Below are positions 18,993-28,248 of a stretch of 64,000 bases of DNA, in pieces. The notes beneath the pieces were generated by a model. It had not been told where the DNA came from. It made no database searches and worked only from the letters and a program-made list of their open reading frames with translations. Numbering within the stretch: position 1 is the first letter of the stretch; the number at the start of each line of letters is the position of its first letter. This DNA comes from a virus. The stretch is from the IMG/VR virus record IMGVR_UViG_3300050821_006235, positions 22,078 through 86,077 of that record; one strand, given 5' to 3'. Made by a program: the position numbers and the translations under genes.

Positions 18993-19808
18993 ATGGCGCG
19001 TTGCGACTGGAGCGACCTGCCCGCCGATGTGCGGGAGGCCGTTCAGGAACACACTGGTGTGGTGAGCAGGGCTGTACCGGCGAAGACCGGGGAGCACTCC
19101 GATATCGCCGCCGCCCTGCACACACCCTCGGGACGCGTGTTCGTCAAAGGGGCACGCACATGCACCGAGGGACCTGACCTGTGGTCGCTGCGCCGCGAGG
19201 CACTGATCAACCCGCACGTCACGCAGTACGCCCCCCGGCTTCTGTGGGAAGTAGAGGCCGGGGGGTGGCTCATGCTCGGCTTCGAGTACGTCGAGGCCCG
19301 TCACGCTGACTACACCCCAGGATCAGCAGACCTCCCTGTCCTGGCAAAGATCGTGGACGCGTTCCAGTCCATGCCGTGCCCCGACGTGGTGACGAGGCGG
19401 GTGGAAACCCACTGGGCCGACTTCACCGACGACGTGTCACCGATGGCCGGGACGTCGATGCTGCATATGGATCTCAATCCCGCCAACCTGCTATTCACCT
19501 CAGACGACCGGGTCTACGTCATCGATTGGGGTTTCGCCCGCCGCGGTGCGGCCTGGGTGGAACTCGCGACCCTGATCCAGTGGTTGACCATCAACGGGCA
19601 CAGCCCCCAGCAGGCGGAGGAGTGGGTCGGTCAGTTCCCCGCTTGGCGTGCTGTGGTCCCGGCGGTGCTGGATCTCTTCGCCGACGCAAACGCCGCAAGG
19701 TGGCGGAGCCTGACCGCCGACGACCCCCCATCTTGGGCGGTGACCCTCGCGGAGCACACCCAGAGTTGGGCGGAATACCGGCAGCCGCGGCGCACAGGTC
19801 CGCCATGA
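18993..19808 (+). CDS. APH/choline-kinase-like phosphotransferase
   Basis: VFVKG, HMDLNPANLL and VIDWG motifs. Confidence 0.85.
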   Translation: MARCDWSDLPADVREAVQEHTGVVSRAVPAKTGEHSDIAAALHTPSGRVFVKGARTCTEGPDLWSLRREALINPHVTQYAPRLLWEVEAGGWLMLGFEYVEARHADYTPGSADLPVLAKIVDAFQSMPCPDVVTRRVETHWADFTDDVSPMAGTSMLHMDLNPANLLFTSDDRVYVIDWGFARRGAAWVELATLIQWLTINGHSPQQAEEWVGQFPAWRAVVPAVLDLFADANAARWRSLTADDPPSWAVTLAEHTQSWAEYRQPRRTGPP

Positions 19809-19867
19809 CCGCGAGGTGCGCGGCTTCGTAGTCGCCGGCTGACCCCCTGATCGGAAGGACCCCCCAC

Positions 19868-20344
19868 ATGAGCAACACAACGGCTGCGGCCCGCATGGCG
19901 GGCGTGGTCGCGGCGGCCATCCTGCTGCTGACCGGCGCCCAGAAGTGCGACACGACCACCAGCGGCGGAAGCGGTGGCGGCGGCAACGCTGGAACGTCGG
20001 GTGACTGCACGTTCCAGGAGGTACGCCCGCCGTCAACGTTCCCGGCGCCCGACGGATCCACCCTGTGGATCACCTCGGCGGTGATCGTGGCATGCGACCC
20101 GCCGCCGACCTCGCACCGGCTGGTGATGCAACTCCAGAAGTACTCGGGTGGCGCATGGGTCACGATCTGGATTGAACACCCGGACACGACCATCCCGGGT
20201 CCGGGCGGATACCGGTCTGTGATCGTCTACAACGCCTGCGACCCGGGACGGTGGCGGCTGAAGGTGCGGATCACCGGCAGCACCAAAGCCGGCACCCCGT
20301 ACCAGGTGAACCAAGTAACCACCACGTCACGGATTACGTGCTGA
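19868..20344 (+). CDS. Secreted or lipoprotein-like protein
   Basis: Signal-like hydrophobic N-terminus ending GAQKC, Gly linker, beta-rich Cys domain. Confidence 0.65.
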   Translation: MSNTTAAARMAGVVAAAILLLTGAQKCDTTTSGGSGGGGNAGTSGDCTFQEVRPPSTFPAPDGSTLWITSAVIVACDPPPTSHRLVMQLQKYSGGAWVTIWIEHPDTTIPGPGGYRSVIVYNACDPGRWRLKVRITGSTKAGTPYQVNQVTTTSRITC

Positions 20345-20353
20345 GATGGTGTC

Positions 20354-20659
20354 ATGACAGAGCGAGATGAGCCGGGCCTGCTCACGGCGGGACTCCGGTA
20401 CGGCGGCCCGTCGCGTCGCCGCTGGTGGCGCAGGCTACGCCGCCGCCGTCGAACGGAACCCCAGGCGTCCTGGATCCTCCAGCACTTCGACACCTCGGGC
20501 TGGACGCTGAGGCTCCGCAGCTCAACACCGGGAGATCTTGAGTTGCCCCTCGCGTTCACCAACCCGCTCCTGGCAGCCGATGACGCCACGGCGGCATACG
20601 AGTGGGCGCTGGCCGCGCTGCCCGCAAACGTCACGCACACCGTCGCTGTGGCCTCCTGA
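20354..20659 (+). CDS. Hypothetical protein
   Basis: Packed ORF, TGATG overlap. Confidence 0.55.
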   Translation: MTERDEPGLLTAGLRYGGPSRRRWWRRLRRRRRTEPQASWILQHFDTSGWTLRLRSSTPGDLELPLAFTNPLLAADDATAAYEWALAALPANVTHTVAVAS

Positions 20660-20868
20660 TGGCCCCGCCGCTGTGCACCAAGGAGGAGGCGTTCGAGAAC
20701 GCCGCGCGGGTCATGTCGGCCGCGTGGGCCGAGCTCGCCCGCAAGACCCCCGAACAGGCCGCAGAGGACGCCTACCGGCCCGGCGGGCCCTCGAAAGAGG
20801 AGATCGCGAACCGTATCCGCACGTGGCGCGCAGAGGCCCGTGCCCAGCGCGGTGCGACCGGAGACTGA
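20659..20868 (+). CDS. Hypothetical protein
   Basis: TPEQAAEDAYRPGGPS; coupled start. Confidence 0.6.
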   Translation: MAPPLCTKEEAFENAARVMSAAWAELARKTPEQAAEDAYRPGGPSKEEIANRIRTWRAEARAQRGATGD

Positions 20869-20926
20869 TCCGCGAACAGGCCCTCTGCGGTGCATCCCTT
20901 TGCCGGCCACCAGGTAGACCGGCCTT

Positions 20927-21130
20927 GTGGGTGCACGCTGGACGGTGCAGGGCAAGCCGGGCTGGGAGATCGAGGCGATCCGGCTGGACGGCCGCGACAC
21001 CATCCGGGTCCGGCATCACGGCGTGCTGGTCGCCTACTGCTCTTCCGGCGTGGAGCTGGAGCGGGTGCTCGGCCGGCACGGCATCACCCTCGCGGACCTG
21101 GTCGAGGTGCCCGAGCCGGACCGCGGCTAG
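20927..21130 (+). CDS. Hypothetical protein
   Basis: ORF with typical codon use. Confidence 0.55.
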   Translation: MGARWTVQGKPGWEIEAIRLDGRDTIRVRHHGVLVAYCSSGVELERVLGRHGITLADLVEVPEPDRG

Positions 21131-21528
21131 AGCTGGCTTGTGGACGGCGGCTCTACCGGCCCCGCCCGGTCGATCCCGATCGCGGTCCACTCCGCGACGG
21201 TGGCGGGGTCGAGGTCGTCGCCCGCGGCCTCCGCGCACAGCCTGGCCATGACCTCGTACCGGCTCCGCTCGTGCTCGCCGCGGGTTCCGAGCGCGAGCCC
21301 TGCCAGCAGGCCCGTTTGCTGGGACAGCAGGTCGGCGCGGAGCATCGTCCCGTCCGGGCTGGCCGCTTCCCGGATGGCCTCGATCGCGGTTGCTCGCTCC
21401 GTGCCGACAGGGTCGCCTTGGACCGGCTTGCCGTCTGGGCCGGGGACGACTGCGTAGCGGGAGGCGGTTCCGTGGATCCAGGCCAGCATGATCCCGTCGT
21501 GGGCGGGTGGGGTGCGTCGTACGGCCAT
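21127..21528 (-). CDS. Hypothetical protein, probably leaderless and LexA-controlled
   Basis: TAGCCT -10 six nt upstream of ATG, overlapping an SOS-like box. Confidence 0.65.
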   Translation of the reverse strand: MAVRRTPPAHDGIMLAWIHGTASRYAVVPGPDGKPVQGDPVGTERATAIEAIREAASPDGTMLRADLLSQQTGLLAGLALGTRGEHERSRYEVMARLCAEAAGDDLDPATVAEWTAIGIDRAGPVEPPSTSQL

Positions 21529-21538
21529 GGTCTCAGGC

Positions 21539-21554
21539 TAGAACAGGTGTACGA
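21539..21554. promoter_or_regulatory. LexA SOS-box-like site
   Basis: TAGAAC-AGGT-GTACGA versus actinobacterial TCGAAC-N4-GTTCGA (2 mismatches). Confidence 0.55.
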
Positions 21555-21638
21555 ACTGGGCGAGATGGGCGTTAGCGATCTATGCCCATTTCGTTCTCAC
21601 CCTTCCGCAGGAACCTTAAGGTCTGTAAGGTCTGACTC

Positions 21639-22043
21639 ATGAGCACACAACAGGTCGCCAACCCCCTTGGTCTCGAAGTCGTCTACGTGAGCGGCGTCGA
21701 AGCCCCCCACGACGCCCGCGAGGCCGACAAGCTCGCCGAGATCACCGCGAGCATGGAGGCTGGCGGCTGGGTCGGTGCCCCGATCGTCGCCTCCCGCGCG
21801 ATGTACGAGCGCGGCCAGGACCGCGCGTACACCGGCTCCCACCGCATCCAGGCGTGGCGGGACGCTGTCGGCGGCGAACTGCCCTGCGTCTTCATCGAGG
21901 ACATCGCCGAGACGGCCGGGCTTGACTGGGACGAGCTGATGGACGACCACCGAGGCGACGACTGGGACGCAGCCACCGCGGTCGCCTACGCCGTTCCCGC
22001 CGCTGTGCGCGAGGCGTACGGCATGGACATCGGTGGCGCGTGA
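21639..22043 (+). CDS. ParB/Srx N-terminal-like domain protein
   Basis: KLAEITASMEAGGWVGAPIV..YTGSHRIQA. Confidence 0.6.
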   Translation: MSTQQVANPLGLEVVYVSGVEAPHDAREADKLAEITASMEAGGWVGAPIVASRAMYERGQDRAYTGSHRIQAWRDAVGGELPCVFIEDIAETAGLDWDELMDDHRGDDWDAATAVAYAVPAAVREAYGMDIGGA

Positions 22044-22447
22044 TGGCCGAACACATCGGTATCGAAGAGGCCCGCAAGAACCTCGGCCCCCTCGTCAGCC
22101 GGGTCCAGTACTCCGGAGCCGAGATCATCCTGACCCGCAACAGCAAGCCCGCCGCCATGCTCGTCCCGATCCCCCAGGAGCCCGCCATGACCGACGCCCG
22201 ACGCTGGAAAGTCACCATCGAGTCGACTGGTTCCGAGCCCGTGTTCAGCAAGACGGTCAAAACCCTTCAGCACCCCGAGGAAGTGGGGCGCGGGCTGCTG
22301 CTCTGGTGGGTGAAGCAGAACGGCCCCAAGGATGGGCAAGGGCAGCCATACGCCGCTCAGGTTGACCCGCTCGGAAGCGGTGACGGCCGCTACGTGACCC
22401 TGTCCGACATCAAGGACGAGCTGAAGAGCCTCGGCCTGGAGCCCTGA
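22040..22447 (+). CDS. Phd/YefM-like DNA-binding domain fused to an unknown domain
   Basis: IGIEEARKNLGPLVSRV..IILTRNSKPAAMLVPI; internal RBS and ATG at 22187. Confidence 0.75.
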   Translation: MMAEHIGIEEARKNLGPLVSRVQYSGAEIILTRNSKPAAMLVPIPQEPAMTDARRWKVTIESTGSEPVFSKTVKTLQHPEEVGRGLLLWWVKQNGPKDGQGQPYAAQVDPLGSGDGRYVTLSDIKDELKSLGLEP

Positions 22448-22917
22448 CCCGCCCGCGACGAAACGCCCCCCCTGCGGTCCTCACCTACACCCAAGGAGCC
22501 AGCCATGACGAAGACCCGGACCAGCCCCCGCGAGACCGCCCGCCGCGCGATGCTGGACGCCACGGAGCCGCTGGGCGAGAACCCTGCGCGGCAGGCCGAC
22601 GCAACCACCGCCGCCGTCGGCGTCCTGCTCGGCATCGGAATCCAGAAGCGCGCCGACGGGCTCGGCCGGGACTCCGCCAGCGGGATCGTCGGGATCGTCG
22701 CCGGGGCGATCGAAGAGGCCATCGACGCGCACTCGCCGGACTTGGATGAGCGGTTGCGCCTGTCGGAGCAGGTGTGGGGCGCGCTGATCGTCCACGCCGA
22801 GCACACCTCCGGCGAGCACGGCGGGTGTACGGGTCCGTGCAGGCCGAGCGAGCACATCTGACCCCGCACGACGAAACGCCCCCTCGATCCTCTACACCCA
22901 AGGAGCCCGCCATGACG
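22445..22917 (+). repeat. Two about 60-bp intergenic direct repeats (22445-22510 and 22859-22917)
   Basis: TGACCC..CGACGAAACGCCCCC..TCCTC..CTACACCCAAGGAGCC(A/C)GCCATGACG in both. Confidence 0.8.
22505..22861 (+). CDS. Hypothetical protein
   Basis: AAGGAG RBS; flanked by repeats. Confidence 0.7.
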   Translation: MTKTRTSPRETARRAMLDATEPLGENPARQADATTAAVGVLLGIGIQKRADGLGRDSASGIVGIVAGAIEEAIDAHSPDLDERLRLSEQVWGALIVHAEHTSGEHGGCTGPCRPSEHI

Positions 22918-23301
22918 CTCTCTGATCGCGACATGCAGACCCTCGCCGACCTTTCCCGGAATGGGACCCGAACCGGGTCGAGCGCCGACTACGCCACACT
23001 CGTGGAAGCGGGCTACGCCAAGCCCCTGCCGCTCGGCAAGTACGAGATCACCAAGGCGGGCGCCGCTGCCGCGAGGGCGGCGGCCACACCCTCCTCTGCC
23101 TGGATCTTGGATGCGGACTGCTCCGAGGGGCTGCTGATGGACCTGGCCCGGCAGGCATCCGGTCGGGTTATCGACGCCAGCGGCGGTGAGGGCTATCAGT
23201 CCGGCGTCTGCGCACCCGGCGTGACCGCCCCCGACTGGATGGCGCAGGTCGCGACCATGCTGAAGGACCGCGAGATCGCGCACGATCTCCATCGGCGCTG
23301 A
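22912..23301 (+). CDS. Hypothetical protein with wHTH-like N-terminus
   Basis: AAGGAG RBS; LVEAGYA..YEITKAG. Confidence 0.7.
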   Translation: MTLSDRDMQTLADLSRNGTRTGSSADYATLVEAGYAKPLPLGKYEITKAGAAAARAAATPSSAWILDADCSEGLLMDLARQASGRVIDASGGEGYQSGVCAPGVTAPDWMAQVATMLKDREIAHDLHRR

Positions 23302-23317
23302 CCCCGGACACAACGAG

Positions 23318-23370
23318 AACGGCCCCGCATCCTCCCGATCCCGTAGGACCGGTAAGGATGCGGGGCCGTT
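23318..23370. terminator. 16-bp hairpin terminator
   Basis: AACGGCCCCGCATCCT...AGGATGCGGGGCCGTT. Confidence 0.8.
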
Positions 23371-23469
23371 TCGAATGGGCCGGCCGATGGCCTGACGCCC
23401 TGGTGGATCAAGTCTGTGTGCGGGAAGGCTACCGGCAGGGCGAACCGCAGCGGAAGCCCCGCAATACGA

Positions 23470-23508
23470 AACGCCCCACTCCCATCGTTGAGTGGGGAGT
23501 GGGGCGTT
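23470..23508. terminator. 14-bp hairpin terminator
   Basis: AACGCCCCACTCCC...GGGAGTGGGGCGTT. Confidence 0.75.
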
Positions 23509-24285
23509 CGGTGCTTCCGCCCGCTTACGTCCGCGCGAAGGAAGCAGCCACGCGGTCAGCAGGATCGGGCGCCCAGACGACGCTATTTCCCTAATGGCCT
23601 GTCCGGCGTCAACCACGGTACGTCGGCCCGTAGATACAGCGCTGGTCAGGAGGTTCGGTACGCCCCGGCAAAGCCTGGGAAGTTCCCCGGGGTGCGAGCT
23701 TTCACTTGTCGATCCGCTGCCGACGATAGCGGATCAGGCCGACAGAACGCAGCGAAACGCCCCGCTCCCCAGCCCGCGAGGGCCGAGAGAACGGGGCGGA
23801 TCTACCCTTGGCGGGACGCATCGACGATACGCCGGCACCGGGCGAGGCGGTAGAGGTCACGGGTCCGGCGTTCCGGCCCCGGAACGGATGAGGTCACGTG
23901 TGAAGGATGGGCTCATGGGGCGATCCTATGGCGACAGTTGAAGACATCGGCCGAGTTGTTGAAGGTCAGGGCCGGTTAGTTGGGGTCGAGCCCGCTATCG
24001 TTGGAGTCGTCGCGGGCAGTAGCTCGCGGAAGTCGTAGACCCGGTAGCCCTCCGGACGGTGGGTCGACCGGGTCTTGCGCTGTTCAGGCGTAGGCTCATC
24101 TCGCGGCAGGGCGCGCAAGCGGGTCGTCCGGAGGTGCACCAAACGACGGCGAACCGAACCGGGACCGAACGAGACGGCAGGTACCAGTTGAATCCAGTAG
24201 GGGCCGAAGTAGGCGACCCTGACCGCGATTAGTCGCCGCCGAGCGCCTACCTGCACGGCTCACCGGCAGGGACGAGCCGTACGGG

Positions 24286-24753
24286 TCAACGATTCTCGCT
24301 CTTACGGCGGTACCCCTGCGGTCCGGTGATGACAGGCTTGCGGCGAATGCGCCGCTCCACCAGCACCGAGTTGCGGGCGTCGATCTCCCGTACCTCCTCC
24401 GCAGTCAGGGGATGCCAGTCCGGGCATTCCTCGCCGCCGATACGCCGGAAGTACTTCCCGCACGTCGTGCACTCCTGCTGGTGGAAACACGTCCAGCCCG
24501 GCTCCCACTCGCGTTCGCGGGGACTCCAGGACGGCCGCCAACCGCACGCCGGCGTCTTCCCGCCCACGGGAGGAACGACCAGTACCGGGAGGTGCGGGCC
24601 GTGGGCGGGCTTGCAGTACGCCTTGTCCTTACGGCCTGGTGACCGTTTCGACGGGTCCCGCTCCTCGGCAACGACCACAGCGGAGCGTTCGGCCGACCGG
24701 GACGGCTCCGTCCCCCAGTCGAACTTGCGGCGGGAATGCCTGCCTTGACGCAT
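24286..24753 (-). CDS. Basic Cys/His-containing hypothetical protein
   Basis: CFHQQECTTCGK; ORF packed with neighbours. Confidence 0.55.
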   Translation of the reverse strand: MRQGRHSRRKFDWGTEPSRSAERSAVVVAEERDPSKRSPGRKDKAYCKPAHGPHLPVLVVPPVGGKTPACGWRPSWSPREREWEPGWTCFHQQECTTCGKYFRRIGGEECPDWHPLTAEEVREIDARNSVLVERRIRRKPVITGPQGYRRKSENR

Positions 24754-24763
24754 AGGGGCGACG

Positions 24764-25054
24764 CTACCGCCCGCAGGTCGGGCAGACGTGCTCGTTCGCA
24801 GCCTCCGGCGGCACCGAGTGCACCCGGCAGGAGAACGACGGCTGCCGCTCCGGCTGCGTGGCCTGATTGCCGTCCACCATCCAGCGGTAGGTGCATGAGC
24901 AGCCCTGCGGAAGCGTCCACGGAACCCCAGTCGCGGCAGCGGTCACGCCCGTTACCGTCGCCCCAACCGTGACGACGTTCGGAACCGGAGCCACTCCCAC
25001 TCCCACCCCTGGCGAGGCAATCGGGTACCACGGGTAGTTGTCATTGATCGGCAT
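24764..25054 (-). CDS. Small Zn-ribbon hypothetical protein
   Basis: RBS GGGAG; CSC, CRVH and CPTCGR motifs. Confidence 0.55.
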   Translation of the reverse strand: MPINDNYPWYPIASPGVGVGVAPVPNVVTVGATVTGVTAAATGVPWTLPQGCSCTYRWMVDGNQATQPERQPSFSCRVHSVPPEAANEHVCPTCGR

Positions 25055-25405
25055 GGGCTCCCCTTCAGTTCGCGCCGTACGCCTCGCATGCCAAGTCTGC
25101 CGCTTCACCGAGACGCTCGATCGCCTGCCGTTTGCGTTCACCCTCGGGCAGGACCGCCAGCCAGTGCAGGGCAAGCCCTCCCGCCCCATACCGCAATGCC
25201 CGCTGCCGGTCCGGCTCTCCGAGCGGGGACGCGAACATGGTCAGGACGTCGTCGAGCGCAGCGATCGGGAAGCCTTCCGGCGGGGGGTGGGCGGTACCCA
25301 GATTCTACCGGCGGGCTACGACAGGACGGGGCGGTCGGCACGTGAGCCGCTTACATTCGGCGGCACGGATTGCAAGTGGATCGCGATCGGGGTTACATCC
25401 GCAGG

Positions 25406-26308
25406 TCAGGACGCGTCGTAGCCGACCGTTGCCGCCCCGGTGTCCGCCCGTACCACCGACACACCATCCGTGGTCGCAGGGTCGGTGAAGTGCACGACCG
25501 CTTTCGTCGCGGCGGCGGTGTGCACCGAGACCGGACCCCAGCCCTTCGCGTCGTGGACCTGGACGTGCAGCGCGGCCGACGCGCCGGGCTCGGCGAGGAA
25601 CCCGATCGCGCCCTTGCACTGGCCCTTCGGCCACGAGATCGTGTCCTTGGCGTTTGCGCCGTCCTTGAGCTGTCCGTTCGGCATGTCGGTCTCCTGAGGA
25701 GTCGTCGGGGTTGGGGTCGGAGTGGGGGTCGGGGTGTGGCCGCCACCGAGGGCGAGCCACGCGGCCTTGTCGCCGTTGAACACGTCGACATCAACGCCGC
25801 CCGGTGAGCCGTACTGGTGCATCGCCCACGAAGTCCACGGGGCCGGCACGCGCGGGTGACCGGCAGGGCTGGACGGGTCGGCGATCCACAGCGGGTAGCC
25901 ACCGAGGCCCGCGCAGCGGCCTTCCTGGGCGAAGGACAGGAACGTGTAGACGACCGGCCTCACACCGGTCTTGGCCTGGACGTGCTTGCACCACGCCACC
26001 GCCCACGCCGCGTCATGCGACGGCGAGGATCCGGGCGTCTCGTGGTCAAGGACCAGCCAGTCGCCCGGCTTGAGCCCTGCGGCCGTCACGATGGACAGGA
26101 AGTGGTCGGCTTCGGCGACCGGGTCGTCGCCCGTGTGCGCGAAGTGGTACGCGCCGCGGAGCGTTCCCCGCTGGGCGAGGGTCTTCCACCGGGCCGCGAA
26201 CGGCGGATCGTTGTAGCCGAGACCCTCGGTCGCCTTCTCGATGCAGAAGTCACCGGCCGGGATGGAGCCCTGGTAGGCGCTGATGTCGGTGCCGCGAAGG
26301 AAGCTCAT
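25406..26308 (-). CDS. Endolysin, GH25 muramidase with PT linker
   Basis: DISAYQ..KATEG..GAYHF..LDHE..LWIA..HQY..VDVDVF. Confidence 0.92.
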   Translation of the reverse strand: MSFLRGTDISAYQGSIPAGDFCIEKATEGLGYNDPPFAARWKTLAQRGTLRGAYHFAHTGDDPVAEADHFLSIVTAAGLKPGDWLVLDHETPGSSPSHDAAWAVAWCKHVQAKTGVRPVVYTFLSFAQEGRCAGLGGYPLWIADPSSPAGHPRVPAPWTSWAMHQYGSPGGVDVDVFNGDKAAWLALGGGHTPTPTPTPTPTTPQETDMPNGQLKDGANAKDTISWPKGQCKGAIGFLAEPGASAALHVQVHDAKGWGPVSVHTAAATKAVVHFTDPATTDGVSVVRADTGAATVGYDAS

Positions 26309-26309
26309 C

Positions 26310-26540
26310 TCACGCCCCCGCGGCCTTGGTGACGTCCGCGACGATCGGCGCGGCGTCGTCGGCGATCTGCTCAACAGCGGGCGCGTCCTTCACCGCGACG
26401 CCTTCCAGCTTGCGGGTGTGGTCGGCCAGGGCGCGGAAGATGCGGGCGGCATCTGCGGCGAGGGTGTGCCCTTCGTCGGCCAGCCACTGCTCGGCGCGTG
26501 CCAGTGGGGACAGGTGGGAGGTGGGGGCGGGGTCGGTCAT
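26310..26540 (-). CDS. Hypothetical protein in lysis cassette
   Basis: Coupled ORF. Confidence 0.65.
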   Translation of the reverse strand: MTDPAPTSHLSPLARAEQWLADEGHTLAADAARIFRALADHTRKLEGVAVKDAPAVEQIADDAAPIVADVTKAAGA

Positions 26541-27082
26541 GACGTGGTCCTCTCGGGAGTTGGCGCGGCGACCGCGCCTGTGATGTGGGAGATGAGGTCG
26601 GCGAGTACCGCGTCCTGCGCCTGGAGAGCGGCGTCCTGGACGGCGAGGTGTGCTTGAAGCTCCACGGCCTCATGGAGGATCGCCTCAGCGTCGGCATACG
26701 TCGCCGCTGCGCGCTTGTCGGCCGCAGCGCCCTGGAGGTTCTGGCCGACAAGAATCGCCGGGAGCAGGACGAGCTGAATCCAGTTCGACGACGCCCAGTT
26801 CACGATCGTGGTCGGGTCGCCGGTGGCGAACGCCGCCTTAGCTGATGCCGACGCCAGCAGGTTGAAGAGGTAGAAGCAGTACATCGTCCCAACGACGCGG
26901 GTTATGAGCATCGCCACCCGCCCGTTGAACCGGGCTATGGCGTTGCCGTCCGGGTGCTGGTCGCCGATTTTGACCGGGCCGGCGTCGCTCCGTGCATGGG
27001 CGTGCGGGTGGCGGACGTAGGCGTACACCCTCTCGCCGAGACCCACCTGGCCGTCGTGGTCGAGGTCGCGGGCATCGTCCAC
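26537..27082 (-). CDS. DUF1003-like membrane protein, candidate holin
   Basis: VGTMYCFYLF..IQLVLLPAILVGQN; near endolysin. Confidence 0.7.
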   Translation of the reverse strand: MDDARDLDHDGQVGLGERVYAYVRHPHAHARSDAGPVKIGDQHPDGNAIARFNGRVAMLITRVVGTMYCFYLFNLLASASAKAAFATGDPTTIVNWASSNWIQLVLLPAILVGQNLQGAAADKRAAATYADAEAILHEAVELQAHLAVQDAALQAQDAVLADLISHITGAVAAPTPERTTS

Positions 27083-27190
27083 TACGCACCGCCCGGCTGC
27101 TGAGGTGCGACCGGTCCGCGAACGAGATCCCAGCCCGCCCGGAAATACTTCTGAGCCACCCACGCTGGGTATATCCGATACAATTCAGTC

Positions 27191-27769
27191 ATGCCCCTCA
27201 CCCTCTGCGAGCGCTGCGGAAAGCGCCGATCTCAAGGCCGGTTGTGCTATCGATGCAATGCGGTGCCAGACCCCGAGAACAACCCGCCGAAACAGTTCGG
27301 CTGCACGGGCTCCTGCGAGCGTTGCGGAAAAGAGAAGTGGATCGTTCGCGGCATCTGCCAGCACTGCGCCCGAGCCATACGCAGGGGAAACGCGCGACGC
27401 GGGAGCGAAGAGCACAAGGCGCGCATGCAGGAGATGGGCGAGCGGCAGCGGGGCGAAGGCAACCCCTCGTGGAAGGGTGGCCGCCATGTCGACAAGCATG
27501 GTTACGTGTGGATCCGCGTGACACCCGATGATGAGATTGCCAAGGCCATGATCAGGAGCAGTACAAGGCACTACGTGCAAGAGCACCGCCTACTCATCGC
27601 TCACCTGATAGGGCGCCCGCTGGAGAGCATGGAAACGGTCCATCACATCAACGGCGAAAAATCAGACAACCGGATCGAGAATCTGAAACTCTTTGCGTCA
27701 CAGAGCGAGCATCACAGGCACCTTCACCTGGAGGCCTGCCCGAACTGCGGATATGCACTTCGTCAGTGA
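27191..27769 (+). CDS. HNH endonuclease inserted antisense in lysis cassette
   Basis: NPSWKGG..YVQEHRL..ETVHHINGEKSDNRIENL; TACAAT -10 six nt upstream. Confidence 0.88.
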   Translation: MPLTLCERCGKRRSQGRLCYRCNAVPDPENNPPKQFGCTGSCERCGKEKWIVRGICQHCARAIRRGNARRGSEEHKARMQEMGERQRGEGNPSWKGGRHVDKHGYVWIRVTPDDEIAKAMIRSSTRHYVQEHRLLIAHLIGRPLESMETVHHINGEKSDNRIENLKLFASQSEHHRHLHLEACPNCGYALRQ

Positions 27770-28248
27770 TCCGGCGGCCCCTTAACGAGGTCCCACCCGG
27801 CTGCGAAATATTTCTGCGCGCACCACACCGGATAGGTGATCGCGTGGACGCCGTAGTACCCGGATCTGTGATGCGTGTCGCAGAGCACCAACATGTTGCC
27901 TTCGGAGTCCAGCCAGTCCCGCAGGTGCGCGTCGTCGGCCGCGCCGAGCTCCGGGAAGTCCGCGAGGATCGCGGCGGGGTCCACTGCGTTGACCAGCGCC
28001 CACTCAACGTGCCAGTGGTGCGTTTCCATCTGTGTCGCGCCGTGCGGGTTGCTGACAGGGTCGGCGAGGGTGGACTTGCGGACACCGCAGATCCAGCACG
28101 GTTCGTCCAGCTCGCCGATCAGGTGCTCGTGGACGCGCCGATACTCCGCGGACGCCTTACGCGCCTGATGCTCCGGGTACATCACTGATTCGGTGAGGCG
28201 CCGGGTGACCTCGTGGGCGGGGACGGGCTTGCCGACCTGGTCGGTCAT
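27763..28248 (-). CDS. HNH-like protein
   Basis: CWICG..ETHH..NMLVLCDTHH. Confidence 0.65.
   Translation of the reverse strand: MTDQVGKPVPAHEVTRRLTESVMYPEHQARKASAEYRRVHEHLIGELDEPCWICGVRKSTLADPVSNPHGATQMETHHWHVEWALVNAVDPAAILADFPELGAADDAHLRDWLDSEGNMLVLCDTHHRSGYYGVHAITYPVWCAQKYFAAGWDLVKGPPDH

Noticed and set aside
23525-23555. SRP RNA-like GAAGGAAGCAGCC motif
   Set aside because: Lacks the upstream CAGG-TCC-GNRA element and the long flanking helix
22445-23800. CRISPR array
   Set aside because: Repeats are degenerate, few and separated by whole genes; no cas genes seen
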